Shown here piece by piece: positions 11,956-25,082 of a stretch of 64,000 nt of DNA. The stretch covers positions 87,422,001 to 87,486,000 of the forward strand of contig CM052816.1 in assembly GCA_028534125.1 (NCBI GenBank). Direction: 5' to 3'. The DNA is from Lama glama (Eukaryota). Position numbers and translations under genes: made by a program. The notes under the pieces are model-generated. The model saw only the letters and a list, made by a program, of their open reading frames with translations. It did not search any database and had not been told where the DNA came from. Each line of letters starts with the position of its first letter. Position 1 is the stretch's first letter.

Positions 11956-14429
11956 TGCCACCGTTCCCCTCCCTTTCTTAATATATGCTGAATGTCTCAT
12001 TCTTTGTAAAAGAACTACATAAAATGTGGTCTTTTAGAATTCTCACTAGTAAAATCCGATAATATATAGTTGAAAATGATTGCAATTTTTAAAAATATCC
12101 CTAAAATGTCAGTAATAGAATAATTGGCTTCCAGAATATTTGATCTACTAAGTGTGTGATTTCTATGAAATGAGTATAACCTCTTTTATTCAGGGCCATG
12201 CTGAACCTTTTCTTGGCTTTGTATTGAAAAGGAATAAGATTGGAAAAGGGAGTTTTTAAACTACACCTGTTTTTAAATCCTGGTGAAAGAGTGCACTGTT
12301 TTTACAGTAAATGTGCTCAATGCAATTAACATACTTAATTACTTCATGCCTAGGAGAGCCTACTTGAAAACATTTTTGTTAGTGTTGAGGTCAAATTAAT
12401 TAAGTACTTGAATTTTCTCTGTAAATATGTTGTCATTTTTTGTTGTCTTCCCTATAATTGTTATAAATCATTCAGGTATTTTATGTTCCCACTGTGCTCT
12501 GAAAATCGCCATGCTGGCTTTCAAAGGTGGAGGACCAGAAAAAGCCATTTATTTCTTTTTCCCTCTTCCCTAACTTGCACAGTAGAAATGGTGCTAATGT
12601 TGCCCACGCATCTGTTCCAAAATATAAGGAGGTTTAACAAATGAATGAATTTTACAATGAAAAGTGCAGTGGAAACCACAAAAATATTTTGTGTTCAGTG
12701 ACTGAAGGTCCCAGATTACTCACTAAAACATCTGATGACCATGCCGTCTGGCACATCTCATGGGGAAATAGTCAGGGCAGAGCTAATGGAGGATCATGTC
12801 CTTTGGTTCAGAATAAAACTAAGAGGACAATCGCATGTCTTGTATGGAGTAGTTGTGTTCAGTGAAATTTTGCTTTGTGATGGCTTCACCTGATATATGA
12901 AAATAATCATGACTTACAGCATTGACTACTTGGTCAATGTAACAGTGATTTTGCAAATGTGACAATGGAATTTTGGAGTATCATAACGCATCTTGATTTA
13001 ATCAAGTGCCAATTGAAACATTATATGTTATGACTATGAAAAAATATATGGCAATTATATATCTAGGAAGGAATAAATTATTCCCACAGAGTATTTCAAG
13101 TAAAATTTTGAATACATTAAATCAGGGTCACTGTAATCTACTGTTCCTGAGTTTTCTGAAATAATATTTCCATATACGTACCAACTCTGACTTTGCAAGT
13201 CTCAATAATTAGTTATGCAATTGTAATAAGGTGTTTGATGCTCAATTGTTTAACAATAAGAGGGTGTGTCACTGTTAATTATAGTATGACTTCCGCATTA
13301 CCTATTTTGCATAGTTTGCGTTATAAACCTATTCTATGATTTCACAAAATATGTGGTGTACAGGGTATTTTTATTGAGTCTCAACTATGTGGCATGGACC
13401 ATGCTCTGATCTGAAGGGATTATGATGAATGCAGTTTTATCTTTGCTTTCTCTACACTGCCCTCCAGTCAGTGTGCTGCCAGCCCAGTGCAATGTGACAC
13501 TGTCAGGGACACAGGAAATCGTCTGGATTTTGTTACATTGATTATATCCACTACACCCCTTAGTTTTGTGAGGCATTACATCTAGATTCTAACTAAACTT
13601 AAAAACACAATCCAAACTACCAGATATCTAGTTGAGAATCATTAAAAAATAGTTCACCCAGACTAGGAGAAAAAACAAAAGAGTCATGAAAAACCTAAAC
13701 GAATTACCAGATGTAGAGAGAATGCATGGGAGAAGATACATTTTCAAAAGTAAACTTTGAATTTTGAAAATAAATTATGTACTGTTTTAAAGAAGTTAAT
13801 GATCTTGAAAATTAAAAAAAAAAAACAAAACCAGGGTGCTACTAAAGATGCTTATCAAATGTGAAAAGGTAATTATCATAGATTTAATTAGGGCATTATT
13901 GGCCTCTGTAGGCTCAGATCAAAAATAATATTTGTATCAAAAATGTTTGTTGGTAGTTGAGATGTTTGCGTTTCTCATGCTCAACAATTTTCCCTGGATC
14001 TATTGCAAAACCACATACTTGTTAAGTGTTGAAATGAATGACACTAAAGGAATGAAAACATTTTATTATTTTTAATTGTCTTATAACTAGCTTATACTAT
14101 TCTGTTATTATTATATTTTACACTACTTTTTTTTTTTTTTTTTACTATTCCTCATCCTTATGCTTGTGTTTGCATTTTCCTTTGTTCGTGTTTCCCATTG
14201 AGACTCTGGTAACACCTTTGATTCCCACATCTCTTTGCCTGTCTCACCCAGTATACTCTTTCTTAGAAAAATCACCAGTATAATAGTTTTAATGAACAGG
14301 TGTATGCTAAATAGTCCCAGATGGACATCTAAAGCCATGGCCACTTCCTTGAACTTCAGACTTTGCCAAGACTTAAGAAGGAACAAGTGATACTTACAAT
14401 CCTGTGTTTACTCCCAACACTTAAGAAAA

Positions 14430-14655
14430 TATTGGCTAATGTTTTAAGTGTTAACATAATGTCAGGTATATTTTACATATGTTATCACAGTAAATGCTCC
14501 AGTAACCTGCTAGTCTATTGCATTTTTCATTTTCCATATGAAGACACCAAGTTTCTCAGAAAGATAAATTTAATGGCAAGGTCACAAAACTATCAGGTGG
14601 ACTAGCTAAGGCTGGAAGCCAATTGCGTCTGTTGCCAAATCCTATCCTTGTAAGT
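14430..14655 (-). mobile_element. MIR SINE
   Basis: cattttccatatgaagacaccaagtttctcagaaagataaatttaatggcaaggtcacaaaacta matches the reversed MIR core. Confidence 0.75.
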
Positions 14656-14747
14656 ACGATTTATGCCTCCTCCATTTTTCCCCACAGTCGGCAATAGTAT
14701 CTTCCACTCAGTTATGCAAATCTGTAACCTGGGAGTCTCCTTGACAC

Positions 14748-14815
14748 TTGCTTCTCCTCCAGTCTCTTACCTATTCAGTTATTGCTTCTCCTCCAGTCTC
14801 TTACCTATTCAGTTA
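14748..14815 (+). repeat. Perfect 34-bp tandem duplication
   Basis: ttgcttctcctccagtctcttacctattcagtta x2 (14748-14781, 14782-14815). Confidence 0.98.
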
Positions 14816-15603
14816 TCAAGCCTAGCTAAGTTAAATTCTAAATATCTTCCAAACATATTCCCATTTACCATTGTTTTTATGTGGGCTCTAATTACTTTTC
14901 CTAGAAAGTTAGACTTATTTGCCTTTTTCTTTTCAAAACTTATCTTTGAAGACAGCTGATACAACCTCTCCAGGAGGAATTGACCATACCCCTTTTACAT
15001 GAGCCCCTCAATTTGCTTTCTATCAGCTGTAGAGTTTGAGGACCTGAACATGGTACCTAATGTATTCTGTCCCTCATTTCTCCAGGCTCATTCAAAACAC
15101 ACACATACACACCCACACATGCTCATACATGTATGCACATATCTGTATTCTTGTGACTATTCTATTCCATTTCTCAAAGTGGCTCCCATTTTTCCTCAGC
15201 TAACACACATTCATATTTGTATACATAATTTAATCATTTCTAAGAAAGCCTTCCTTGAGTTCAACTCACCTTCAAAAAGAGGGAAGATGTCTTCTCTTTC
15301 TTTAATGGAAATCTATGGTAGCTCTCTCCTTTCCCTTATAACATACCATTTGATTTACTGATTTGTCTATTTCTCAACTTAAATTATAAGCACTTGGAGG
15401 AATCAGTATGTACTGACTCATCTTTGAGTCATGGAATATAGCATGTGATAGGCATTCAGTTGTGCCTGAGCTGAACTAAAATGTGCTACACAAAATATAT
15501 AAAATTATTGATATAAGGAAAATTCTTTGGCTGTAGTTAATTAGTGAAATGGAACTTATGTTGATATTATTTTTGCTTTTAATATGTTTATATTCATTAT
15601 TAG

Positions 15604-16657
15604 TTTTTTTATGTATATGTATTTATTGAAATATAGTCAGTTTACAATGTTGTGTCAATTTCTGGTGCACAGCACAATATAGGAACATACATATATTCAT
15701 TTTCATGTCCTTTTCCACCATAATTTACTGCAAAATATTGAATAGTGTTCCCTGTGCTATACAATATGAACTTGTTTATTTATTTTATATATCGTAGTTC
15801 ATATCTGCAAATCACGAACTCCCAATTTATTCCTTCGCACCCCTTTCCCCCTCCGGTAACAATAAGTTTGTTTTCTATATCTGCATATGGTATTTTTCTT
15901 TCTCTTTCTGGCTGACTTCACTTAGAATGATGATCTCCAGGTCCATTCATGTTGCTGCAAATGGCATTATTTTATAATTTTTTATGGCTGAGTAGTATTC
16001 CATTGTACATACATACCATACTTCTTTATCCAGTCATCTGTTGAAGGACATTTAGGTTGTTTCCATGTATAGACTATTGTAAATAGTGCTGTTATGAACA
16101 CTGGAGTGCCTGTATCTTTTTGAATTAAGGTTTCATATGCCCAGGAATGGGAATGCTGATTATATGGTAAGTCTATTTTCAGTCTGTTGAGGAATCTCCA
16201 TACTGTTTTCCATAATATCTACACCAAACTACATTCCCACCAATAGTGTAAGATGTAGGACGGTTCCTTTTCCTCCACAGCCTCTCCAGCATTTATCATT
16301 TGTGGACTTTTGAATGATGGCCATTCTGACTGGTATGAGGTGATACCTCATAGTTTTGACTTGCATTTCTCTGATAATTAGTGATATTGAGCATTTTTTC
16401 CTGTGCCTATTAGCCATTTTTATGTGTTCATTAGAGAATTGCTTATTTAGGTCTTCTGCCCATTTTTGGATTGGATTTTTGTTTTTTTTCTTACTCAGTT
16501 GTATGAGTTGTTTATTTATTTTGGAAATTAAGCCCTTGTCAGTCTCATCTTTTGCAAATATTTTCTCCTATTCTGTAGATTGTCTTATTGTTCTGCTTAC
16601 AGTTTCCTTTGCTATGCAAAAGCTTATAAGCTTAATTAAGTTCCATCTGTTTATTTC
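15604..16657 (-). mobile_element. Younger 5'-truncated L1 (camelid-type 3' UTR plus ORF2 C-terminus)
   Basis: ORF 16229-16417 (-) [48 protein letters not shown] is L1 ORF2-like; 3' UTR homologous to 42086-42926 but lacking ~60 bp near 15884. Confidence 0.95.
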
Positions 16658-17611
16658 AAGGCTATTAATATTTAACATTAATTATATACATTATGTAGCA
16701 GTATTCAGTAAAACATAGCACACACAAATTTAAAAAGGAATGCAGAATATATAAGGATTTTAAAAATTCTCTAATAGAAACCATTAATACTAAATTAAGG
16801 TAAATAATTGCATTTGGATTTTAAAATAAAATTTAAATATGCTTCACATTAAATTCAATTCTAAGGACAATTTGGAAAATCACTCACAATCTTTTTATTG
16901 GAATTATAGAAAATAATTAGATGAACTATATATAGAGCAGAAGTACATGAGAAGGAAGAGAGTTTATTAGATTTTAACATGAAAGAGAACACTGAAAACA
17001 GAAACTGCCTCTGTATTCTTTGTAATTGGATATTTTGCAGTTACAGTTGGGAATTAGAAATAATCATCATATTTAAAAACATATACATAAATAACTCAAG
17101 TCAAAGTTCTAGTTAGGGTTCATTTTTACTATGGGATAACATTCATTCATATACTAGGATATAACAAGTTATTGTATGTGTATATGATATATAGAGTTTT
17201 AGAGTTTTTAAACTACATGAATATTAATTTTTCTATTTTCATACACCTACTAGATAGAAATACATTAAAACTTTCCTTATAGAAATTATCTAATACAATA
17301 TTCAGAATAGATGAAAATTTGCTTTTTAGATTCACATGACAGCATTGTGTATTTTATATTCTTTACCATGAAATAATGGTTAAAATAAATAGCTCATGCT
17401 TATTAAGACTTTCAGGGATTAAATGAGAAGGAAATTAATTTAATTTGCAACATAAAGCTTTGATTTAATATTAAAAGATACAGTCAACCTCTAGTAGTGA
17501 TATGATAACTATTATACGTTCTAATAATTGACACATATATTCTATGCCAATTTAAATACAAAAAAATACCCCACTCTAATGTTATAGGATCCTTGGCTTC
17601 TCAGATTCATC

Positions 17612-18057
17612 CATATCAGTCATCTATTATAATATTTCTAAATAAGAGACCATCCATAGCAAGTGTTCTCATGCTCATGTGTCTACCAATTGTGATTTGG
17701 CTGATCAAGTCTGGGCTTGGCTGGACAACTCTGTTTCATGTTCTCGTTAGCTAAGTCTCGGTCATTGTAAATGTATTCATCCTGGGGACCTGTAAGTGAC
17801 AATGGCTACTTGGGCAGAATCTTCACATTATGAAAACATAAACCGAAGAGGGCAAGTTAAACCAAATAAGAACATTTAGCATTTCTGCTCTCTTCAAGGT
17901 TGCCAATATTCCCATCGGCAGAGCAAGACACATGGGCAGCCCTAAGTCAAGGTGTGAAGAAGAGCATTCCTGCTACCAGGATGCCAAAACAAGGATGTGG
18001 TTGTATAACTTACCACAAGGGAGTAAATAACTGGGACCAGTAATTCAATCTATCAAA
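17612..18057 (-). mobile_element. Old MaLR LTR (MLT1H/J/K-like)
   Basis: ggctgatcaagtctgggcttggctgg...gccaatattcccatcggcagagcaagacacatggg...aactgggaccagtaattcaatctatca. Confidence 0.7.
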
Positions 18058-19884
18058 TCATTTTGTAATGATTTAGAACTCTTTGCAGATAGTTTTGTGT
18101 AGGGAATTTAAGAGACAGCCACCTCAGATTTCTCATCTGTAAAACGTTACATGTCTTGAAGGTGATGCAAAAACTTGTGAGATATTGTGAATTATCTGAG
18201 AGAGTTTTTATAACATGTCGAACAGTTCTCAGCTTACCTAACCCTGAAAATATTAGCTTAAGACTGCAGATAGTTAACTAACTTCCCCAAAGTCTTTCAG
18301 CTAATAAAAAATAGAAACAGAATTTAAATCTACTTATGTCTGAATAAAACATCTGCGCTTTCCCTCACTATAGTGTGCCTCCTTTTCCAATAACTCATCT
18401 ATTATTAGAATTCCTTTTACAGCAAATGCATTATGAAATTGACCAAACTTCCTTTGATTCCTTCAATAATGAGAACCAAATTCTTCTTGAAACTGCTGCT
18501 TCGACCTTCAGAAAAGTTGAAAATGATTTTCATCTGGCTTCCATTTGATGATCCTTATTTGAGCTCTAGGGAAATATAGAAAATTTATTTCCACAAGAAT
18601 ATTTAGGTAATCAATTAAAATATTTATTGAATGAATGAAAACACATACACACAACTACCAAATTCACCATTCCCACCTTTTTAATGAATGCCTCAAATAA
18701 CATATTTTTCACTTACATCATTCTCATGTCACATTGCTCTGTCTAAATTTACCTATATTTCACCATCCCTGGAAAAACCTGTGATTTTTCTAGGAGAGAA
18801 TATAGTGAGAATCAGGACTTTCATCCACTCAAGATATTATAATGCAAATGATTTGCCCTCGGATCATATTAGTTTATCTGGTAACCATAAACATTTATTT
18901 CTTCACCTAATGTTCTTACTGGTTTTTAAAATCTTTGTCTTTTTCACCACACACTGTGACTGGATTTAGTCATTAAGATTAGTTTTTCAATTTATTTCAG
19001 ATTATTGACCACCCCTTACTGCTTCATGTTAATCAGAAATGTATATACAACCTTTTATAACCCTTAACTTGGATGTATAGGTTAGCACTTTACAGGTTGA
19101 TGATGGGTCCCAGTTACATTCTAAAGAAATGTCTATCAGACTTCTCTTTACTCAAAAATCAGCATTATTTTGATAAAGCCATTTATTCAGTTGGTGACTA
19201 TCTAATTTTTGAAATTTGTTCACCCAGTATCTTTAAATTTTGTCCACTGATATGTAACCTAATGTATAAAGATAATATTTATAGACAATTCTTTCTTTTC
19301 AGATCCCCTGATCCACAAGCCTCAAAATATTTTTAGAACATAGGTTTACACTGACTCCCATTGTCATGAATTGTTCTATGTTTTCTAATCAAATTATTTG
19401 CCCTTTCATATGCTACAATTTCTTTTTTGTATCTGACTCCAACAATTGAACCATATAATCCAGGACCACAATGTGTGGTACTGGGATTTATGAATGTGGA
19501 ATTTCAGAACTCATACCCATGCTATTTTACGTTTACAATGTTTTTTATTAAGTATTGAGTAGATTCAAATGACTATTTGTAAACTATACGTTAAACACAA
19601 TAACTGAGGACCGGAAGAATACCAGTGCAAAGAATAAAATTAGTGTTATGAACTTTGAATTACCCTGGGCACCCTGTGCAATTTTCTTTCCTCATTCTTT
19701 TTTAAAGGCAGTTACAATCCAGAATGGTGAGCTCATCATTCCCTTGCTTTTTTTTTTTTTCGGTTTAACAAATGCCTGTTACCTTAAGCAATTAGTCTCA
19801 ACTTTTGTCTAAAAGCCTTTTAAAAATTTACATTAGTGATTGATGCTGCGTATACTCTTCTGAAGAGTGTGGGTAGAGCTCAGC

Positions 19885-20118
19885 AAGGCAGAATGCTGTA
19901 AAGAACTTAGACTCAGTAGGAAGACTGCCTAGGTTTGAATTCTAGCTCCTTTCTTAATAGCAAATTACTTAAAATTTTTGTGTCTCAATATTCTAATTTA
20001 TAAAATATGGAGAATTAATGAACCAACTAATATTTTTGAGAGGATTTAATAAGTTATAATATTTAACAGGTATAGAATAATGGCTGGCACATTGTAAATA
20101 CTATGTAAGAGATTTCCA
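19885..20118 (+). mobile_element. MIR SINE
   Basis: agactgcctaggtttgaattctagctcc...tgtgtctcaatattctaatttataaaatatggag...tggctggcacattgtaaatact. Confidence 0.85.
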
Positions 20119-20166
20119 CTAGTTTCTTTTGATAGTAGTTCTATGTTCTTGAGTTTCATCATATTG

Positions 20167-20167
<1 letters not shown>

Positions 20168-20201
<34 letters not shown>
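20168..20201. repeat. (TG)17 microsatellite
   Basis: Perfect dinucleotide run, seen directly. Confidence 0.98.
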
Positions 20202-20205
<4 letters not shown>

Positions 20206-21069
20206 GGATAGCATGAATCTTGATATAAATCTCAACACTGTGCTACATCTTTTAGAGGTCTAATAGCCATTCTTCATACTTGACTATTTGTAAATTTTAG
20301 TCTCAGCTTGTCAAATTCCAAACCAAAAACAAAAAAACAGCAAAACAGAAACAAAAAGACTCAAGTCTGTTGATACATAGATCCAATTAAGAAACACTGA
20401 AAATTTTTGTCTCAATTAAAAATAATTTGTATTTATTTATTTCCTTAATTTATTATAATAAAGTGTATTATTTGTTCTTGTACATATTCTATTAAATTTA
20501 TTATTAGATATTTTACTTTTAAAAAATTGTAAATGCCATCCAAGTTTTAAACATATTTACTAATTATTACTTGTGTATAGAAACACAATTATTGAATATG
20601 AATTTAGTACCCAGTAAACTTGCAAATTTCTACTATGTCCATAATATACCTAAAATTGTAAGATTTCCTAAAAGTGAATTATAGTATCTGTGAATAATGA
20701 GTTTTTTTTCTTTCCAATGCTTATTCATTTAACTTACTGTCTAAGTTGACGAAAATCTTCAGTATATAGGCCAACAGAAATGGTGATCGTGGGCTTCTTT
20801 GCCTCTTGCCAGAACGTACATGCTCATTCATTATTATTCTGTCTAAATTATCTTTCAGTGATGAGGTGTGTCCTACAATGTATATACAGACTGACCAGTC
20901 ATTAGCTACTACTGATCAAGTCACCACCATCCTTTTTCTTGACGTTAGCAGTGCTTTGCCGCCTTCTGTTCTTTTCTTACCTATAGCCTATCTTCAACAC
21001 GGCTGCTAGATTGATCCTTCTAGTTAGAGTTAGGTCATGTCACTATACTAGTCATTTCAGAACTCTCCA

Positions 21070-22887
21070 AGTTTGTATCTCTTAATCTCCTTCTCCTAAT
21101 TCATCACTCCCGCACTCTCCTCTCCTCTGGCAGCCACCAATTTGTTCTCCAAATTGATGAGTCTGTTCTGTTTTGTTCATTTGCTTTTTAGATTCCACAT
21201 ATAAATGAAATCATATGGTATTTATTTTTCTCACTCTGACTTATTTCACACAGCAGGATACTCTCTAGGTCTAGGTCCGTTCATGTTGTTGCAAATGGCA
21301 AAATACCATTCTTTTATATGACTGAGTAATATTCTATCATATATATCTACCATATCTTTATCTGCTCATCTATTGATGTACACGTAGGTTGTTTCCATAT
21401 GTTGGTTATTGTAAATAATGCTGCACGAATATGAGGTTTCATGTATCTTTTCAAATTAGTATTTTCTTTTCTTTTTCAGATAAATACCCAGAAGTGGAAT
21501 TGTTGGATTGTATGACAGTTCTATGTTTAATTTTTTGAGGAACTTCCATACTGTTTTCCATAGTGGCTGTACCAATTTACATTCCCATCAACAATGCATA
21601 AGTCCCCCTTTTCACCACATCCTTACCAACACTTGTTACCTGTGTTCTTTTTGATAATATCCATTTTAACAGGTGTAAGATGATATTTCATTGTAATTTT
21701 GATTTGCATTTCCCTGATGATTAATGATGTTGAGCATCTTCTCATGTGTCTTTTGGTTATCTTCATGTCTTCTTTGGAAAAATGTCCCCTTAGTTTTTCT
21801 GTTCATTTTGTAATTGGATTGTTTTCTCAATACTGAGTTGTATGAGTTCTTTATGTAGTTGGGATCTTAACCCCTTATCAGACATATCATTTGCAAATAT
21901 CTCCTCTCATTCAGGAGATTTCCTTCTAATTTTGTTGAGTGTTTCCTTTGCTGTGCAAAAGCTTTTTAGTTTGATGTGGTCTCATTTGTTCAGTTTTGCT
22001 TTTGTTTTCTTTGCCTGTGGAGACGTATCCAAAAAAATATTGCTAAGACCAATGTCAAAGAGAATACTGTCTGCTTTCTTCTAAGGTTTTATGGTTTCAG
22101 GTCTTTCATTTATGTCTTTTAATCTGTTTTGAATTTATTTTTTATATGGTGTAAGAAAGTGGTCTGGTTTCTTTCCTTTACATGTAGCTGTCCAATTTTC
22201 CAACAGGATCTAATGAAGAGATTGTCTTTTCTCCATTTTATATTCTTGCCTCTTTTGTCATAAATTAATTGATATATGTGGGGGTTTACTTCTGTGCTCT
22301 CTATTCTATTCCATTGTTCTCTGTGTCTTTTTTTTTTTTTTGCCAGTATCATACTATTTTGATCACTATAGCTTTGTAATATACTTTGAAATCAGGGAGC
22401 ATGCTATCTCCAGCTTTGTCCTTCTTTCTCAAGAGTGCTTTGGCTGTTTGGGAATCTTCTGTGATTCCCTATAAATTTTGGGATTATTTGTTTTAGTTCT
22501 GTGAAAAATGCCATGGATATTTTGATAGGGATTGCATTGACTCTGTAGATTGCTTTGAGTAGTATGGGATTTTTAACAAAATTATTTCTTCCATTCCATG
22601 AGCATGAAATATCTATTTATTTATGTCTTCTTCAATTTCTTTTATGGGTGTTGTTATATGTCTTTAATCTCCTTAATTGCACTTATTCCTGAGAATTTTA
22701 TTCTTTTTGATTCATTTGTAAGCATAATTTTTAAAAAATGTTCTCTTTCTGATAATTTGTTATTAGTGTATAGAAATGCAACAGATTTCTGTATATTGAT
22801 TTTACATCCTGCAACATTATTGAATTCATTTATTAGTTTTAATAGTTTTTCAGTAGATTCTTTAGGGTTTTCTATATATAGAAGATC
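21070..22887 (-). mobile_element. L1 fragment (~1.8 kb; ORF2 3' part and partial 3' UTR, no visible poly(A) end)
   Basis: ORF 22119-22352 (-) ...[24 protein letters not shown]...WRKDNLF is L1 ORF2-like; continuous L1 motifs from 21130 to 22880. Confidence 0.93.
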
Positions 22888-22889
22888 TA

Positions 22890-24530
22890 TTGCGTTCTTT
22901 AACCTTACTGGAATTTATTATTGTTATTGTGCTATACAGTCAAATTTTGTTTAAATTAACCCCTTTATTTGCAAATTTCTTTGCTCATCATTCTTTCTTG
23001 TACATTCCACCTAGATAATCTTCCTTTTTTTCCCCCTTATGTATATCTTTGAGAATTATGCTTGAGGGAGTGTGAAAGTTTCACACTCAGTTTCTGTTTG
23101 CTTGAAAATGTCTTTATTTTAACATCATTATTGAAAAAATAATTTTTGCTGAGTATACTGTCATGAGTTGACAATTTTTGCTTAAACTTTGAAGATAGTA
23201 TAGCAGTACCTTCTAGTTCTTATTAGTGCTATGATTAGTCAGTTCTAATTATAATCCTTTTGAAAGGATTACTTTTTCCTCTTGGAGTTATTATAATTAT
23301 CTCTGTCTTTTGTGTTCTGAGGTTACATCATTATCTGAATTTGTTCGCATTGATTATAATTCATTTCACTTGGATTGGATTTGGATTAAGATATTTGGAT
23401 TGGTATCTTTTATCATTTCTGAAGTAATTAAGATGCTACCTTTTAAGTATTGCTTCTGTCTATGTTTTCTCTTCAATATTTTTGAAACTTCATCTTGTTC
23501 ACATTAACCACATTTTCCCATTTTTTATTTCTTGGTTTCAATATGTATCACTGCCTACAATCTATTTAGGTATCTTTTTGTTTACTAAATTTCTATTTAA
23601 TTATATCTGGACTGCTATTAAAGATACCTATTTTCTGTTAAATTTCACATATGTTTACTATATGTATATCTTAGATTTCCTCTGTTCTTTCTGTCTTTCA
23701 TCATTTACTCTTACTTTCTTCTTTATTTTTATATTTTTAAAACATTGGACATATATTTTGTATTGTATTTGATAATTCTCCAATTTTTATGTCTCTGATT
23801 CACTTGTTTTTGCTGGCGTATAGTCATGGTGATTTGCTTCTTATTGAGTGTGTGTGTGTAGGTGTGTATGTTATATTTTATCTGTGATACCATATTTCTT
23901 TTAACATTAAGTGTAGGCATTTTCTGAGTCCTTCATGGAATTAGCTTTCCTCCAGAGGTAATTTGCATTTCTTTCTTTTAGGTGACTAATGGATCTCCCA
24001 ACCAAGACTATTTAAAAAAAAATTCTCAGTTGTAGATTTTTTGAACCACTCAGTTTATAATGGGTGCAAACATATATAAAGGGGGCCTTTGGGTACATAT
24101 TTAAAAAGAGATTTCCTCCTTCCTTCCTTCCTTTCTTCCTTCTTCCATATCTACCTATTTCATCCAGCATCATCCATTCAGCATCGTCTCAAGACAGGAT
24201 TCCTTGCTAAGCCTGAACTGTTGGGTTGATTTCCAGTTCATTTTTATATGAAAGGTAACATTCTATTAGAGTTACCATCTTAGGAGGGACCACTTTGTCA
24301 CCTGTTTCTGTAGACCTATGACCATGAAAATTAGGCTCAAGTTCTCCTGATGAAAACACCACCAGTGTGTGTGCCTGATTCGATTTTCTCCTTATATACC
24401 ACTTCTTCACATTTATTTTTAAAATTTTTTTCCAAACTTACTCATTTTTGAAAGATTTTTTAGCCAAAGCTTTCCATACTTGAGCCAGTCATGATTTGTA
24501 GACTACCATACTGCTAGAAACAGATGATAA
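22890..24530 (-). mobile_element. Ancient HAL1/L1ME ORF1 and 5' region
   Basis: ctcagtttctgtttgcttgaaaatgtctttatttt...tttgctgagtatac...gttgacaatttttg...ctttgaagat; ends ccatactgctagaaacaga. Confidence 0.65.
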
Positions 24531-25007
24531 TAAATTACCTTGAAACAAGTCTCTTCTCTCAGTAAACATATATTATTTCTCTCCAGTTGACAAAATATAC
24601 AAATATGGCTACTGAAATCAAATTACCAGCAATATGTTAGGTCTTTAAAGCAACTAATGAATTTTATTTTCTAGGCATATTTCAGCAACTATGTCAAGAC
24701 GAACAAGATACTTTAGCTATTGTCTATAATCAAGACTCCGATGGCAAAAGTCGATTATACTTACTTGGTTAGAAACCTGTGTGAGCTCTCCCTAGACATT
24801 AAAGTCATTGAAATGATTAATTTTTAAGTTAAAGTATACCATATTAGACAATAATCCTTCTTGTAAATTTATACGTATTTAAACATCCTGTATTTCAAAA
24901 GGTGTTATTGCTTGCCCATCTTCATGCCACCATCCTAAGGAATAAACAGATAGGCTGCTAACATGTTAGGCCCTCTTTTCCTGCAACTTCAGCACCCTCT
25001 CCATCCA

Positions 25008-25082
25008 CCACACACACATATATTCACACATGTGTACTGGCAGACATACACATGTGCATGTACACACACACACACACTCACA
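25008..25082. repeat. Degenerate (CA)n tract
   Basis: cacacacacatatattcacacatgtg...cacacacacacacactcaca. Confidence 0.8.

Larger units (their letters stand above)
14200..15480 (+). mobile_element. Degenerate L2 fragment(s) with a nested MIR
   Basis: cttccactcagttatgcaaatctgtaacctgggagtctccttgacac; end aaattataagcacttggagg...catctttgagtc...ataggcattcagt; boundaries approximate. Confidence 0.6.
19540..20850 (-). mobile_element. Old L1M (L1ME-type) 3' UTR/ORF2 fragments with nested MIR and (TG)n
   Basis: agtctcagcttgtcaaattcc; tatagaaacacaattattgaatatgaatttagtacccagtaaacttgc is homologous to the L1 ORF2 segment at ~22770-22830. Confidence 0.65.

Noticed and set aside
16229..16718. Protein-like ORFs (also 9848-10176, 21842-22954, 42587-42936, 57207-57449)
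   Set aside because: Frameshifted L1 ORF2 remnants or their antisense frames, not host genes.
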